Positions 50,155 through 59,322 of a stretch of 64,000 nt of DNA are shown in pieces. Every line of letters begins with the position of its first letter. Within the stretch, counting starts at the first letter, position 1. A program made the translations under genes and the position numbers. This stretch comes from Pseudomonadota bacterium (lineage in GTDB: Bacteria; SAR324; NAC60-12). Under the pieces are notes generated by a model, which ran no database searches, had not been told where the DNA came from, and worked only from the letters and a program-made list of their open reading frames with translations. The DNA is taken from contig SHAT01000005.1 in assembly GCA_004213175.1 (NCBI GenBank), positions 360 through 64,359 on the forward strand. Direction: 5' to 3'.

Positions 50155-51468
50155 ATGCGTTTCAATGTAATCGGTTGGAATTTCAGAAAAACTCCTGTTG
50201 AAGTAAGGGATAAACTGGCACTGACTCCAAAACAACAGTTAGAACTTGGACAGCAGATCAGTCGGCGTTTCAATTTAGATGGTGTTGCAATTCTTAGCAC
50301 ATGCAATCGTACAGAGTTTTATCTTGTAAACGCAGAACAGCAGTTGAGACAAATCATAGAGATGTTGGAAACGTATTGGAAACTTGACGAACTGAAGGAA
50401 AGTGTTTATACCATTCATAATTTGGACGGAGTGAGACACCTCTTCAGGGTTGCTTCGAGTTTAGAATCGATGGTGCTTGGAGAGCCCCAGATTCTTGGTC
50501 AGCTCAAAGATTCTTTTCAATCTTTCAGTAATGCTGAATTGACCGGAAAACTTCTTCATCCAATATTTACACGTGCTTTTTCAACTGCCAAGCGTGTCCG
50601 AACTGAAACAACAATTGCCAGTAATGCTGTTTCTATAAGCTATGCTGCCGTGGAGCTCGCAAAACATATTTTTGAGGATCTTTCAAAACAAAGTGTGATG
50701 GTAATCGGTTCCGGGGAAATGGCTGAATTAGCGATCAAACACCTGATGCGGAATGGTATTTCACAACTGTTTGTTACCAACAGGACCTTTGCAAGTGCAG
50801 CAGAACTTGCTGAGAAATTTAAAGGGATGGCTGTACAATTTGATCATCTTGGACGTCATCTTCATGAGGCGGATATTGTCATAAGTTCAACCGGTGCACG
50901 TGATTATATCATCAAGCTTGAACTGGTTAAGCACTGTTTGAGAATGCGTAAAACTAACCCAATGTTTTTTATAGACATTGCTGTACCCAGGGATATTGAC
51001 CCTGAAATAAATAGGCTAGACGGCGCATTTTGTTACGATATTGATGATCTGCAATCTCTTGTTTCAGAAAACCAGGAGGAACGCAAGAAGCAGTCTGTAA
51101 TAGCAGAAGAAATTATCGAGGATGAATTAGCGGAACTGGAACTATGGTTTAAATCTTTGTCCGTTGTTCCGACTATCAAAAGCTTGCGTAAAGCCTTTCA
51201 TTCAATTGCCAAAGATGAAATGGAGAAAAGTTTCGGACGTATGAAAAACATGCATATGTCAGAGCGTAAAGAAGTAGAATTAATGGTACACAGGCTAGTA
51301 CACAAATTACTGCACGATCCATCGCATAATCTCAAGAAAATCTCTCATTCGGAAGATGCACATCTTTATTTGGATACGCTAATAAAAATCTTTGACCTAA
51401 ATCCAACCCCTCTTAATCTGGAACAAACAGGAAACAAACAATCCAGACTAAAAGTAATCAAATCATAA
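50155..51468 (+). CDS. hemA: Glutamyl-tRNA reductase
   Basis: LSTCNRTE, HLFRVASSLESMVLGEPQILGQ, AKRVRTET, GSGEM, NRT, DIAVPRD. Confidence 0.96.
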   Translation: MRFNVIGWNFRKTPVEVRDKLALTPKQQLELGQQISRRFNLDGVAILSTCNRTEFYLVNAEQQLRQIIEMLETYWKLDELKESVYTIHNLDGVRHLFRVASSLESMVLGEPQILGQLKDSFQSFSNAELTGKLLHPIFTRAFSTAKRVRTETTIASNAVSISYAAVELAKHIFEDLSKQSVMVIGSGEMAELAIKHLMRNGISQLFVTNRTFASAAELAEKFKGMAVQFDHLGRHLHEADIVISSTGARDYIIKLELVKHCLRMRKTNPMFFIDIAVPRDIDPEINRLDGAFCYDIDDLQSLVSENQEERKKQSVIAEEIIEDELAELELWFKSLSVVPTIKSLRKAFHSIAKDEMEKSFGRMKNMHMSERKEVELMVHRLVHKLLHDPSHNLKKISHSEDAHLYLDTLIKIFDLNPTPLNLEQTGNKQSRLKVIKS

Positions 51469-51471
51469 CTC

Positions 51472-52434
51472 ATGCCCAACGCTTTTTTGACAAGCGGTTC
51501 AAGGGGACTTACTTTTAAGATTGCAACCCGCGGAAGTCCTTTAGCTTTATGGCAAGCGCGATGGGTGCAGGAAAAAATCCTTAAAAAGTATCCTGAAGTA
51601 TCTGTAGAATTATTAATACTAAAGACTACAGGTGACCGCATTCAGGATCGTCCGCTTTCTGAAGTAGGCGGTAAGGGACTATTTGTCAAGGAATTGGAAT
51701 CAGCTCTTCTTGACAAGCGAGCTGATATGGCAGTGCACAGTATGAAAGACGTCACAGGAACTTTACCGGAAGGTCTGGGAATTTCAGTAATTGCAAAAAG
51801 AGAAGATCCCGGAGATGCGTGGATCTGTCCAAAATATGGATGCATTGACGATGTTCCGCTGGGCACAGTGGTGGGAACAAGTTCATTTCGCCGTGCTTCA
51901 CAGTTAAAGCATCACCGGCCGGATTTGCTTGTTTGTAGTTTGCGAGGTAATGTAACCACTCGACTCCGGAAACTTGATGAAGGAGAAGTTGATGCTACAA
52001 TTTTGGCTGTTTCTGGACTAAAACGCATTGAACTTGAAGAGCGTATCACCGAAGTGCTCCCAATGGAATGGATGCTTCCGGCAATTGGTCAGGGTGCTAT
52101 TGGAATAGAAACAAGAATTGATGATCAGCAGACGCTGAGTCTCATTCAGCATCTCAATGATCAAGATACTTGGGATTGTCTAATTGCGGAGCGTACCCTG
52201 CTGACTGAGTTGGAAGGTAATTGTCAAATTCCACTAGCCGGATATTGTATCTTAAATGGAGATAAATTGTTTTTGCGCGCCTTAATTGCGGATCCGGAAG
52301 GTAAGTCAGTTTTACGCTACGAGGCATGTGCCTATCGCCGAGACTCGGTTCAGCTCGGTCGGAAGGTTGCATATTGGTTGCAGAAAAATGGTGCGGAGGA
52401 AATCATAAATAAAGTTCATGCCTCCAAATTATAA
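51472..52434 (+). CDS. hemC: Hydroxymethylbilane synthase
   Basis: ATRGSPLALWQ, GKGLFVKE, AVHSMKD, GTSS.RR..Q, RGNV.TR, PAIGQGA, LEGNCQIP. Confidence 0.96.
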   Translation: MPNAFLTSGSRGLTFKIATRGSPLALWQARWVQEKILKKYPEVSVELLILKTTGDRIQDRPLSEVGGKGLFVKELESALLDKRADMAVHSMKDVTGTLPEGLGISVIAKREDPGDAWICPKYGCIDDVPLGTVVGTSSFRRASQLKHHRPDLLVCSLRGNVTTRLRKLDEGEVDATILAVSGLKRIELEERITEVLPMEWMLPAIGQGAIGIETRIDDQQTLSLIQHLNDQDTWDCLIAERTLLTELEGNCQIPLAGYCILNGDKLFLRALIADPEGKSVLRYEACAYRRDSVQLGRKVAYWLQKNGAEEIINKVHASKL

Positions 52435-52489
52435 GTTATGAAATTAATATTTAAAGCTCTCTCACTTTACAATTAAATAATAAAAACTC

Positions 52490-53890
52490 ATGAATCAATA
52501 CTGGAAAATAGCTGTTATCGGTTCTGGACCAGCTGGTTTTTATGCAGCGGGCGAGCTTTTACGGCAGAAGTCTTGGGAAATAAAAGTTGACATGTTTGAA
52601 CGCCTACCTACTCCTTTTGGATTAGTACGCGGAGGAGTTGCGCCTGATCATCAGAAAATTAAATCTGTGCAAAAAATATATACGCGTATTGCGGAAAATG
52701 AGAATTACAGGTTTTTTGGAAATGTAGAGTTTGGAAGAGATATTTATCGGGCTGATTTAATGGAAATCTATGACGCAGTCATTTATTCAGTCGGTAGCCC
52801 CACTGACCGTAAACTTGGAATTGGAGGAGAGAATTTGTCCGGTAGCCACTCTGCGACGGAGTTTGTTGCGTGGTATAATGGGCATCCGGATTTTTGTGAT
52901 TATAAATTTGATTTGTCCGCGCGTAATGCATTTGTGATTGGAATTGGAAATGTAGCTCTTGACGTGGCGCGGGTTCTGGCAAAAACTCCGCAAGAACTGG
53001 AAAAAACTGATATTGCTGATTATGCGCTTGAAGCACTACGAACCAGTCAGCTTGAAGATATCTGGCTCTTAGGGCGCCGAGGACCATTACAGGCAGCGTT
53101 TTCACCCGCAGAGTTAAGAGAGTTTTTGGAACTTGCTGAGGCAGATGTGATTGTCGAGAAAAATGAGCTTGAACTGGATGCTGAAAGTCAGAATATTCTG
53201 GAAAATAATGCCAATAATGATACTAAGAAAAATATTGAAATTCTAAAGAAAATTTCTGAAAAAGAGGTTTCCGGTAAAAAGAGACGGGTTCATATTATCT
53301 TTCTTACTTCGCCTGTCGAAATTTCTGGAAATCAAAAAGTTGAAAAAATCAGCATGGTACGAAATCAACTGGTGAAAATGGAAGATGGTAGTTTGGTCCC
53401 ACAGGCGTCTGCAGAAATTAATGAAGCAGCAGCAGGGCTTGTTTTCCGTTCAATCGGTTATTATGGTAAGCCTCTTTCAGATCTGCCATTTGATCAAAAA
53501 ACAGGTACAATTCCTAATGAATGCGGTCAGGTCAAAGATCCAGAAGACGGCAATATCCTTCGGGAAAGAGAGTATGTCGCAGGTTGGATAAAGCGTGGTC
53601 CAAGTGGTGTGATTGGTACTAATAAACAGGATGCAGTGGAAACCGTGCATCGTATGCTGGGGACTTTCTTAAAAGGAAAAATGGAAGCTGGGAAAAATTG
53701 TACAAATCTGGATATTGTTTCACTACTCGAAAACCGTAAAGTTGAGTATGTTTCATTTTCGGACTGGAAACTGCTTGATGCTCATGAAACTGAAGCCGGT
53801 CAAAAAAAGGGGCGTCCCAGAGTAAAGATAACCTCAAAAGCAGACATGCTGTCTGTAATCCGTCAAAAAAAACAATTAAAAATTCAGTGA
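52490..53890 (+). CDS. NADPH-ferredoxin reductase, adrenodoxin reductase/FprA type
   Basis: GSGPAGFY, PFGLVRGGVAPDH, FVAWYNGHP, GIGNVALDVAR, GRRGP, GWIKRGPSGVIGTNK. Confidence 0.92.
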   Translation: MNQYWKIAVIGSGPAGFYAAGELLRQKSWEIKVDMFERLPTPFGLVRGGVAPDHQKIKSVQKIYTRIAENENYRFFGNVEFGRDIYRADLMEIYDAVIYSVGSPTDRKLGIGGENLSGSHSATEFVAWYNGHPDFCDYKFDLSARNAFVIGIGNVALDVARVLAKTPQELEKTDIADYALEALRTSQLEDIWLLGRRGPLQAAFSPAELREFLELAEADVIVEKNELELDAESQNILENNANNDTKKNIEILKKISEKEVSGKKRRVHIIFLTSPVEISGNQKVEKISMVRNQLVKMEDGSLVPQASAEINEAAAGLVFRSIGYYGKPLSDLPFDQKTGTIPNECGQVKDPEDGNILREREYVAGWIKRGPSGVIGTNKQDAVETVHRMLGTFLKGKMEAGKNCTNLDIVSLLENRKVEYVSFSDWKLLDAHETEAGQKKGRPRVKITSKADMLSVIRQKKQLKIQ

Positions 53891-55059
53891 TCCGTCCCTA
53901 TCGCTTCAGAAACACTCTTGTATCCGTCCTTTTTCAATAAATTTGCCAGTTCCGCTTTAACTTTTAGGACAATACCCGGACCTTCGTAAATCAAGGCGGT
54001 ATAAATTTGCACAGCTGCCGCTCCAGCTTTAATTTTTTCGTAAGCATCAGCTCCGTTAAAAATCCCTCCAACGCCAATGATTGGTATTCCTTTACCTAGT
54101 TCCGCAAATAAATTCCTTATCATCGCGGTGCTCTTCTTCTGAAGGGGTTTACCGCTCAAACCTCCTGTTTCTGTTTGAAACTTACTTTTTAATTTTGTGC
54201 GTTCAACAGTAGTATTGGAGGCAATTAGACCTTGAATTGAAAATTCCTGGATAACACGGCTAGTATTTTCCAATGATTCTTCATCCGTGTCAGGAGCAAG
54301 TTTGACAAGCAATGGGGTTTTGCGTGAAAAATTCTTGTCGAGTTTGTCACGCTTTGCACAGACAGAATCCAGTAAAATTCTCAGGGCTTCTTTTTTCTGT
54401 AGTTTCCGCAAATTTTCTGTGTTTGGCGAACTGATATTCAGTGTGAAATATTCAGCAAATGGATAGAGTGTACTGAGCGCGGAAACATAATCTTCAGAGG
54501 CTTTATCTATTGCTGTATCATGATTCTTGCCAATATTTATTCCTAACATTCCAGATGCAATATTTGCATGATAATCTTTAGAACATTCAAAAATATGTGT
54601 ATCTGCTGGCTTTATTTTTAATCTGTTCGTATTCAGTCTTTCGGCCATTTTACATGCTCCCTGATTATTGAAGCCCATGCGGTTAATAACCGCCTGATCC
54701 TCTTTCAGGCGGAAAAGTCTAGGCCGAGGATTTCCTTCTTGCGGACGTGGAGTTACTGTTCCTATTTCTACAAATCCAAAACCGAGTGCGAATAGTGAGG
54801 GATGGATTCGGCCGTCTTTATCAAATCCAGCCGCTAGTCCTATAGGATTTGTAATATTTTTAACAAAGAGTTGTGTGCGCAATAGCGGGTTTTCATAAAA
54901 AAATTGGCTACGTAAAAGTGAGTGGAAACCAGGAAGTTTTGAGAAAATTTCCACACTCGAGAGCATACGATCGTGCATTTTCTCTGCGTCTCTTGAGAAT
55001 AAAAAAGGACGTAGTTGGCGGTAAAGATAATTTAATGGTGCTATCAATTTTCGACCCAT
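53884..55059 (-). CDS. pyrD: Quinone-dependent (class 2) dihydroorotate dehydrogenase
   Basis: NPIGLAAGFDK, GTVTP.PQ.GNP.PR.FR, NRMGFNN, NIGKN, NISSPNT, KLAPD, GGLSG, GVGGI. Confidence 0.96.
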   Translation of the reverse strand: MGRKLIAPLNYLYRQLRPFLFSRDAEKMHDRMLSSVEIFSKLPGFHSLLRSQFFYENPLLRTQLFVKNITNPIGLAAGFDKDGRIHPSLFALGFGFVEIGTVTPRPQEGNPRPRLFRLKEDQAVINRMGFNNQGACKMAERLNTNRLKIKPADTHIFECSKDYHANIASGMLGINIGKNHDTAIDKASEDYVSALSTLYPFAEYFTLNISSPNTENLRKLQKKEALRILLDSVCAKRDKLDKNFSRKTPLLVKLAPDTDEESLENTSRVIQEFSIQGLIASNTTVERTKLKSKFQTETGGLSGKPLQKKSTAMIRNLFAELGKGIPIIGVGGIFNGADAYEKIKAGAAAVQIYTALIYEGPGIVLKVKAELANLLKKDGYKSVSEAIGTDH

Positions 55060-55598
55060 GATTCAGATTCAAAGCAAAATAGTTCTGCATTTTGATCTTG
55101 CCAACTTTCCTGAGGTAAACCCGCTTTAATGCAAAGTTGTTCCAGATATGTGATCCTGTCCCAAGCTTGGGATAGTGCAACTTCTGGCAAAAATAGTCCA
55201 CCAGATAAACCTTTTTTGATTTGAAGTCCGTGTTTGCCAACCACCACATCTTGTGGCTTTATTGTTGTCATTGCAGACAGGAGATTTATTCCAATGCTTA
55301 ATTTTGGCAACTCTTCAAGTGTAACCTGAGGGAAACGCGAATCTTCTATAGCAGATGAAATTGCTGTTTTTGAAACTGCTTCAATTAAAGGATAACGGGC
55401 TTCTGTATGACCGATACAGCCACGCAATTCGCCGAAAATTCTTTTTCTTAAAGTTACGAATACTGCTCGCTTCTTTTGTAATTCGAGAGACTCTGCTTGC
55501 AAATTATTATCTGGCATGTTTTTTAGATAATTATTTATTGATCCCCGTGCAACCCTCAAAAGTATATTCTTATTTTCATCTGAAAGAGTAGAAGTCAT
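55044..55598 (-). CDS. amrA: AMMECR1-domain protein (AmmeMemoRadiSam system protein A)
   Basis: AVFVTL, LRGCIG, D.RFP.V..EEL, G.HGL, GLFLPEVA, W.....L..LC.KAGL. Confidence 0.9.
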   Translation of the reverse strand: MTSTLSDENKNILLRVARGSINNYLKNMPDNNLQAESLELQKKRAVFVTLRKRIFGELRGCIGHTEARYPLIEAVSKTAISSAIEDSRFPQVTLEELPKLSIGINLLSAMTTIKPQDVVVGKHGLQIKKGLSGGLFLPEVALSQAWDRITYLEQLCIKAGLPQESWQDQNAELFCFESESWVEN

Positions 55599-55647
55599 GA
55601 GGATTATAGCTGATATTTTAAAAGAATTAAAATTGATTTGTTAATTT

Positions 55648-55700
55648 GATTAACCTACAAGTCTTATATTCACCCGATAACAAGATTTGTAGGCTTGATT
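55648..55700. repeat. Long imperfect inverted repeat in the amrA/enoyl-CoA hydratase divergent intergenic region
   Basis: gattaa-cctacaagtctt ... aagatttgtagg-c-ttgatt; about 18 bp of stem including three G-U pairs. Confidence 0.6.
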
Positions 55701-56151
55701 CTATTTTAGATGCTATTAAATAGCGGAGCTATTTTTCATTAATTGCTTTCACGATTTTTAAGTATGTTTCAGAGTAGATAGTATCATATTGATGTGTTGA
55801 AAAAACTTCAAAATATAGTTTTTGATTAATTTTTACAAATTTTCTTATAGAATCATAACAAACCGTTGAAAGTGTATCTCTATTATTAGTTATAACTTTA
55901 AAACTGTAATAGATAATTTAATTGATTAAAATTAATAAATTTATTATTTATGGGGAAAAAATAAGTATTATAATATTTAAAAAAACTTTATTTTTTGTGC
56001 GTATTATTATTACTTTTGCAGGATCAAACTCAGTCTTGTGAAACTTATTTTGTAAATCCTCCAGAAATAGTCTTAATCCAGCAAAAACTTGCCGTTATTG
56101 TCGGATTGTGGATAATATATTTTTTTAGGAACCACTTATTTTATAATAATC

Positions 56152-56946
56152 ATGATGAATTTTAAAACATTGATTCTAACTATTGACGAACGTCAAATAG
56201 CTACTCTGACTCTTAATCGCCCAGAGGTTCATAATGTACTCAGCCTGGAAATGATTCGTGAAATACGTCAGGTGGTCATGGATTTAAATAAGCTTCAGGA
56301 TGTGCGTGCTGTAATATTAACAGGTAAAGGTAAGTCTTTTTGTGCTGGAGCTGATTTGCGCTGGATGCAAAAAATAGTGGCACAAAAACGTCAAGATAGA
56401 ATTTCAGAAGCTACCGAATTGTCAGAAATGCTTTCTGAGTTAGACCAACTAAGAATGCCTCTAATTGGCCGAATCAATGGACTCTCTTTTGGGGGTGCTA
56501 TAGGTTTAATAGCCTGTTGTGATATTACGATAGCCGTTGAAGATGCACTATTTTCTTTGACAGAAGTTTTATTGGGATTGTTGCCAGCAACTATTTCACC
56601 TTATGTATTACGACGGATTGGCGCATCAAACGCACGGAGAGTGATGCTCAACGCTCACCGTTTTGCTGCGGCAGAAGCAGTTGTTTTAGGTCTAATCTCA
56701 AAAAGTGTATCTGCGGAAAAACTGGATGAAGCAGTTGAAGAGGAAATTTCAGAGCTTCTACATTGTGCTCCGGAAGCAGTTTCCGCTACAAAAATTCTAA
56801 TTGCGGAAGTTCGCGGAAAAGAACCGGATGATGTGCGTAGTTTAACTGTCGAGAAATTGGCAAATGCCTGGGAGTCTGAATCAATTAAGGAAGGGATTGA
56901 AGCTTTCTTCAGCAAACGTAAACCTGCCTGGGATCATCAATATTGA
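56152..56946 (+). CDS. Enoyl-CoA hydratase family protein, methylglutaconyl-CoA hydratase (LiuC)-like
   Basis: LNRPEVHN, SFCAGADL.WM, FGGA.GL..CCD, F.LTEV.LGL.PATISPYV, EGI.AF..KRKP.W. Confidence 0.85.
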   Translation: MMNFKTLILTIDERQIATLTLNRPEVHNVLSLEMIREIRQVVMDLNKLQDVRAVILTGKGKSFCAGADLRWMQKIVAQKRQDRISEATELSEMLSELDQLRMPLIGRINGLSFGGAIGLIACCDITIAVEDALFSLTEVLLGLLPATISPYVLRRIGASNARRVMLNAHRFAAAEAVVLGLISKSVSAEKLDEAVEEEISELLHCAPEAVSATKILIAEVRGKEPDDVRSLTVEKLANAWESESIKEGIEAFFSKRKPAWDHQY

Positions 56947-57060
56947 TTAGTTGTGATAAAACTGTAGAAAATTAATAAAGCATTGTACAAGTTTTCTATA
57001 CTCAGAAAAAACAGAGAAATATTTTATCAAAAATTAATATTTCATAAATCCTGAGAAAGA

Positions 57061-57720
57061 ATGAAAATCATAATAACTCTAAAATACGGAGGGTTCATTT
57101 TAGCAGTTTTTAGCATAATTATAGCAGGTAGTATTGATGCCACTGCGCAGGTTGAGAATACTACAATAAACGAACTTAGTTCAGCATTATCTGGGGAAAA
57201 GTATGCTACTCCTGCTACTGTATTTGGCGGTGTCGGCCGGAAATATCCAACATGGCAGGCAGGATTAGACTTGCTCATACTTAGTAGTCCTCATTATAAA
57301 GCGTTCCGAAATCAATTTGAACTAAGCGATCGTGTCGTTTGGGGTGAGTGGTGGTACAGTGACGGCTTGGGAGTAAAAGCTTTGTATTCAGAACAATCCT
57401 TCACGATGTTTGGTGAAAGGGGGAATGGTCCGCAGGCTAAAACGAATCATCTCGGATTTTTGACAAAAATACAGCAAACTCTCGTTAAACCATGGAAAAT
57501 GAGTGCTGGATTGGGATTGGCAAAAACAGAGTTTGTTCTCGAGAATCAAATTAAACTGGGTAATTCACTGATGAGTGAATTAAGGATTGGATTTGAATTA
57601 TTAGCAAATTTTTGGACGGAAGTAGGAATATTGACCATAGACAGTTCAAGCGGAGGTGGTTCAGGGGATCAGCGGCTAGGTTCTACAGGATATTTGTTTG
57701 GATTTAGTTACGGATTTTAA
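57061..57720 (+). CDS. Hypothetical exported protein, probable small outer-membrane beta-barrel
   Basis: Signal peptide (ATA-Q), alternating hydrophobic strands, C-terminal YLFGFSYGF ending in Phe (BAM beta-signal-like). Confidence 0.6.
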   Translation: MKIIITLKYGGFILAVFSIIIAGSIDATAQVENTTINELSSALSGEKYATPATVFGGVGRKYPTWQAGLDLLILSSPHYKAFRNQFELSDRVVWGEWWYSDGLGVKALYSEQSFTMFGERGNGPQAKTNHLGFLTKIQQTLVKPWKMSAGLGLAKTEFVLENQIKLGNSLMSELRIGFELLANFWTEVGILTIDSSSGGGSGDQRLGSTGYLFGFSYGF

Positions 57721-57758
57721 ATAAGAGACAATTCACAAATTATTTAGTCTGGAAAATT

Positions 57759-59315
57759 ATGCAGTTACCAAATTTAGAAGAAATGTCAGCGGAAGAAAAA
57801 TTGTGGTTTGCATACTCAATTGCAGGAATGGTGGTTGCTGATGGACATACTGATCCCTCAGAAATGAGTTTTCTGCGTGATGCAATAAATTTCTTGCAAG
57901 ACAAGGAAGAAATCAACAAAATCATGGTTGTAATTAAAGAGGGTAAAACCCCAGAAATGAAGCCTTTGGATATCGATCCAAAACAATCATTCTTAATGCT
58001 TAAATATTTAGCTCAGTTAATGGTTGTAGATGCAGATTTATCAACAAAAGAAATCAGTTTTTTCCTTTTGACCGGTAGGTTATTGGGTTTTAATAATGAT
58101 ATCCTAAACAAATTATGGAAAAGTGCCCGTGCTATGTTGGAAAAGGATCTCCCCGTAGGATTTATTGAGACTTCTAATTTTAAAGAAAACGTTAGTTTGA
58201 TGAAAATTGATGATACTGGATTTTCTTTCCGTCTAGGGAAAGCTTTGATGCCAAAAGTTAAAATAAGGCTTAGGGTTCGAAAGCCTCTCCAAGCAGAAAA
58301 TACTATTGAAGGGGATGATACATACTGGGACTGGGTTACTTGTCAAATGTTTAAGCAGTCTAGTGTTAAATTTGATGAAGGTTATTACATGGTGAGAGCA
58401 ACTTTTGAACAAAAATTAGCGGATCATCATGGGATATTACAGCTTATACATCCAGAAAATTATGCTGTTGTTACAGATGGGGGATTCTTTAAACCAAATA
58501 AAGATTCTCTTTTAGGGAGTTATGTAAAATGTTATATCTGTGATACTTCAGAAATTAAATTTTATGTCCTTCACAGCAAGAGTATGATAATAGAGGGTAA
58601 CATATTTGGAGTGCCTAGCTATATCAGGTCTGTAGGTAAAATGGAGTTTTGTGATTTTAATTTGATTCAAGTTGCGTCCTGCCCAAAATGTGGATTTTCG
58701 AGTAACGACAGAGAACACTTTAAACGTTTAAAATCAGATGTGCCAATGTTTTCAGTGGAGAAATTTTCTGAAGGTTGGAATGATAAAATCTCACCGTTAC
58801 TCAAAAAAGCTAAGGAATCTGGGGAAAAATTTTATGGTGAAGATCGAGATACAAATCACGGTATACTCTCATATGAATTAGCAATTGCAACATTTGAACA
58901 ACTGGCAAGTATCACCCCCGATGTTCAGAAAAAAACAGAGTGGCTTCGAAAACAGTCTTCAATGCTGATGACTATTTCAGAGTTGCAGATGGAGAATAAG
59001 GATAGGGGTGGTGCAGAAACAAACCTTAAAAAAGTATTTGATCTTTGGGATCCTGTCTTTGAAAAACTGAAAGGTACTGTAATAATAAATGTTTGCACAT
59101 TATTATTTCAGATCAAGATCTACTTCAATGACCTTCAAATTGCAGCTAATTATATGAAATTTTTAGATAATTATGATCCTGATGGTCAACTTGTGGAAGG
59201 TACAGAGGAGCACAAGGCACTTAAGTTAGGTGCTGCTAAATTAAAAGCAACCTTTGATGACCGTGAAATACTTACAAAAGAAAAATTGAAACGTTTTCAT
59301 CTTGATGACTCGTGA
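57759..59315 (+). CDS. Multidomain protein: TerB-like + PilZ-like barrel + DUF2225-like Zn-finger/TPR domain
   Basis: AGMVVADGHTDPSE...LAQLMVVDADLSTKE (TerB duplicated motif); V.LMKIDDTGFSF....L......L.V ...VRATF (PilZ-like); VKCYIC ... VASCPKCGFS plus helical repeats (DUF2225-like). Confidence 0.7.
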   Translation: MQLPNLEEMSAEEKLWFAYSIAGMVVADGHTDPSEMSFLRDAINFLQDKEEINKIMVVIKEGKTPEMKPLDIDPKQSFLMLKYLAQLMVVDADLSTKEISFFLLTGRLLGFNNDILNKLWKSARAMLEKDLPVGFIETSNFKENVSLMKIDDTGFSFRLGKALMPKVKIRLRVRKPLQAENTIEGDDTYWDWVTCQMFKQSSVKFDEGYYMVRATFEQKLADHHGILQLIHPENYAVVTDGGFFKPNKDSLLGSYVKCYICDTSEIKFYVLHSKSMIIEGNIFGVPSYIRSVGKMEFCDFNLIQVASCPKCGFSSNDREHFKRLKSDVPMFSVEKFSEGWNDKISPLLKKAKESGEKFYGEDRDTNHGILSYELAIATFEQLASITPDVQKKTEWLRKQSSMLMTISELQMENKDRGGAETNLKKVFDLWDPVFEKLKGTVIINVCTLLFQIKIYFNDLQIAANYMKFLDNYDPDGQLVEGTEEHKALKLGAAKLKATFDDREILTKEKLKRFHLDDS

Positions 59316-59322
59316 AAATAAA

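Noticed and set aside
55996-56023. dif-like sequence (TGTGCGTATTA...)
   Set aside because: It resembles only the XerC arm, with no TTATGTTAAAT XerD arm. The TTATGTTAAA near 19554 is the rpsR start and lacks a XerC arm.
56107-56115. Perfect DnaA box (TGTGGATAA) next to an AT-rich tract, suggesting oriC
   Set aside because: Only one good box is present, another lies inside a CDS near 38060 so single hits arise by chance, and there is no dnaA/dnaN/gidA context.
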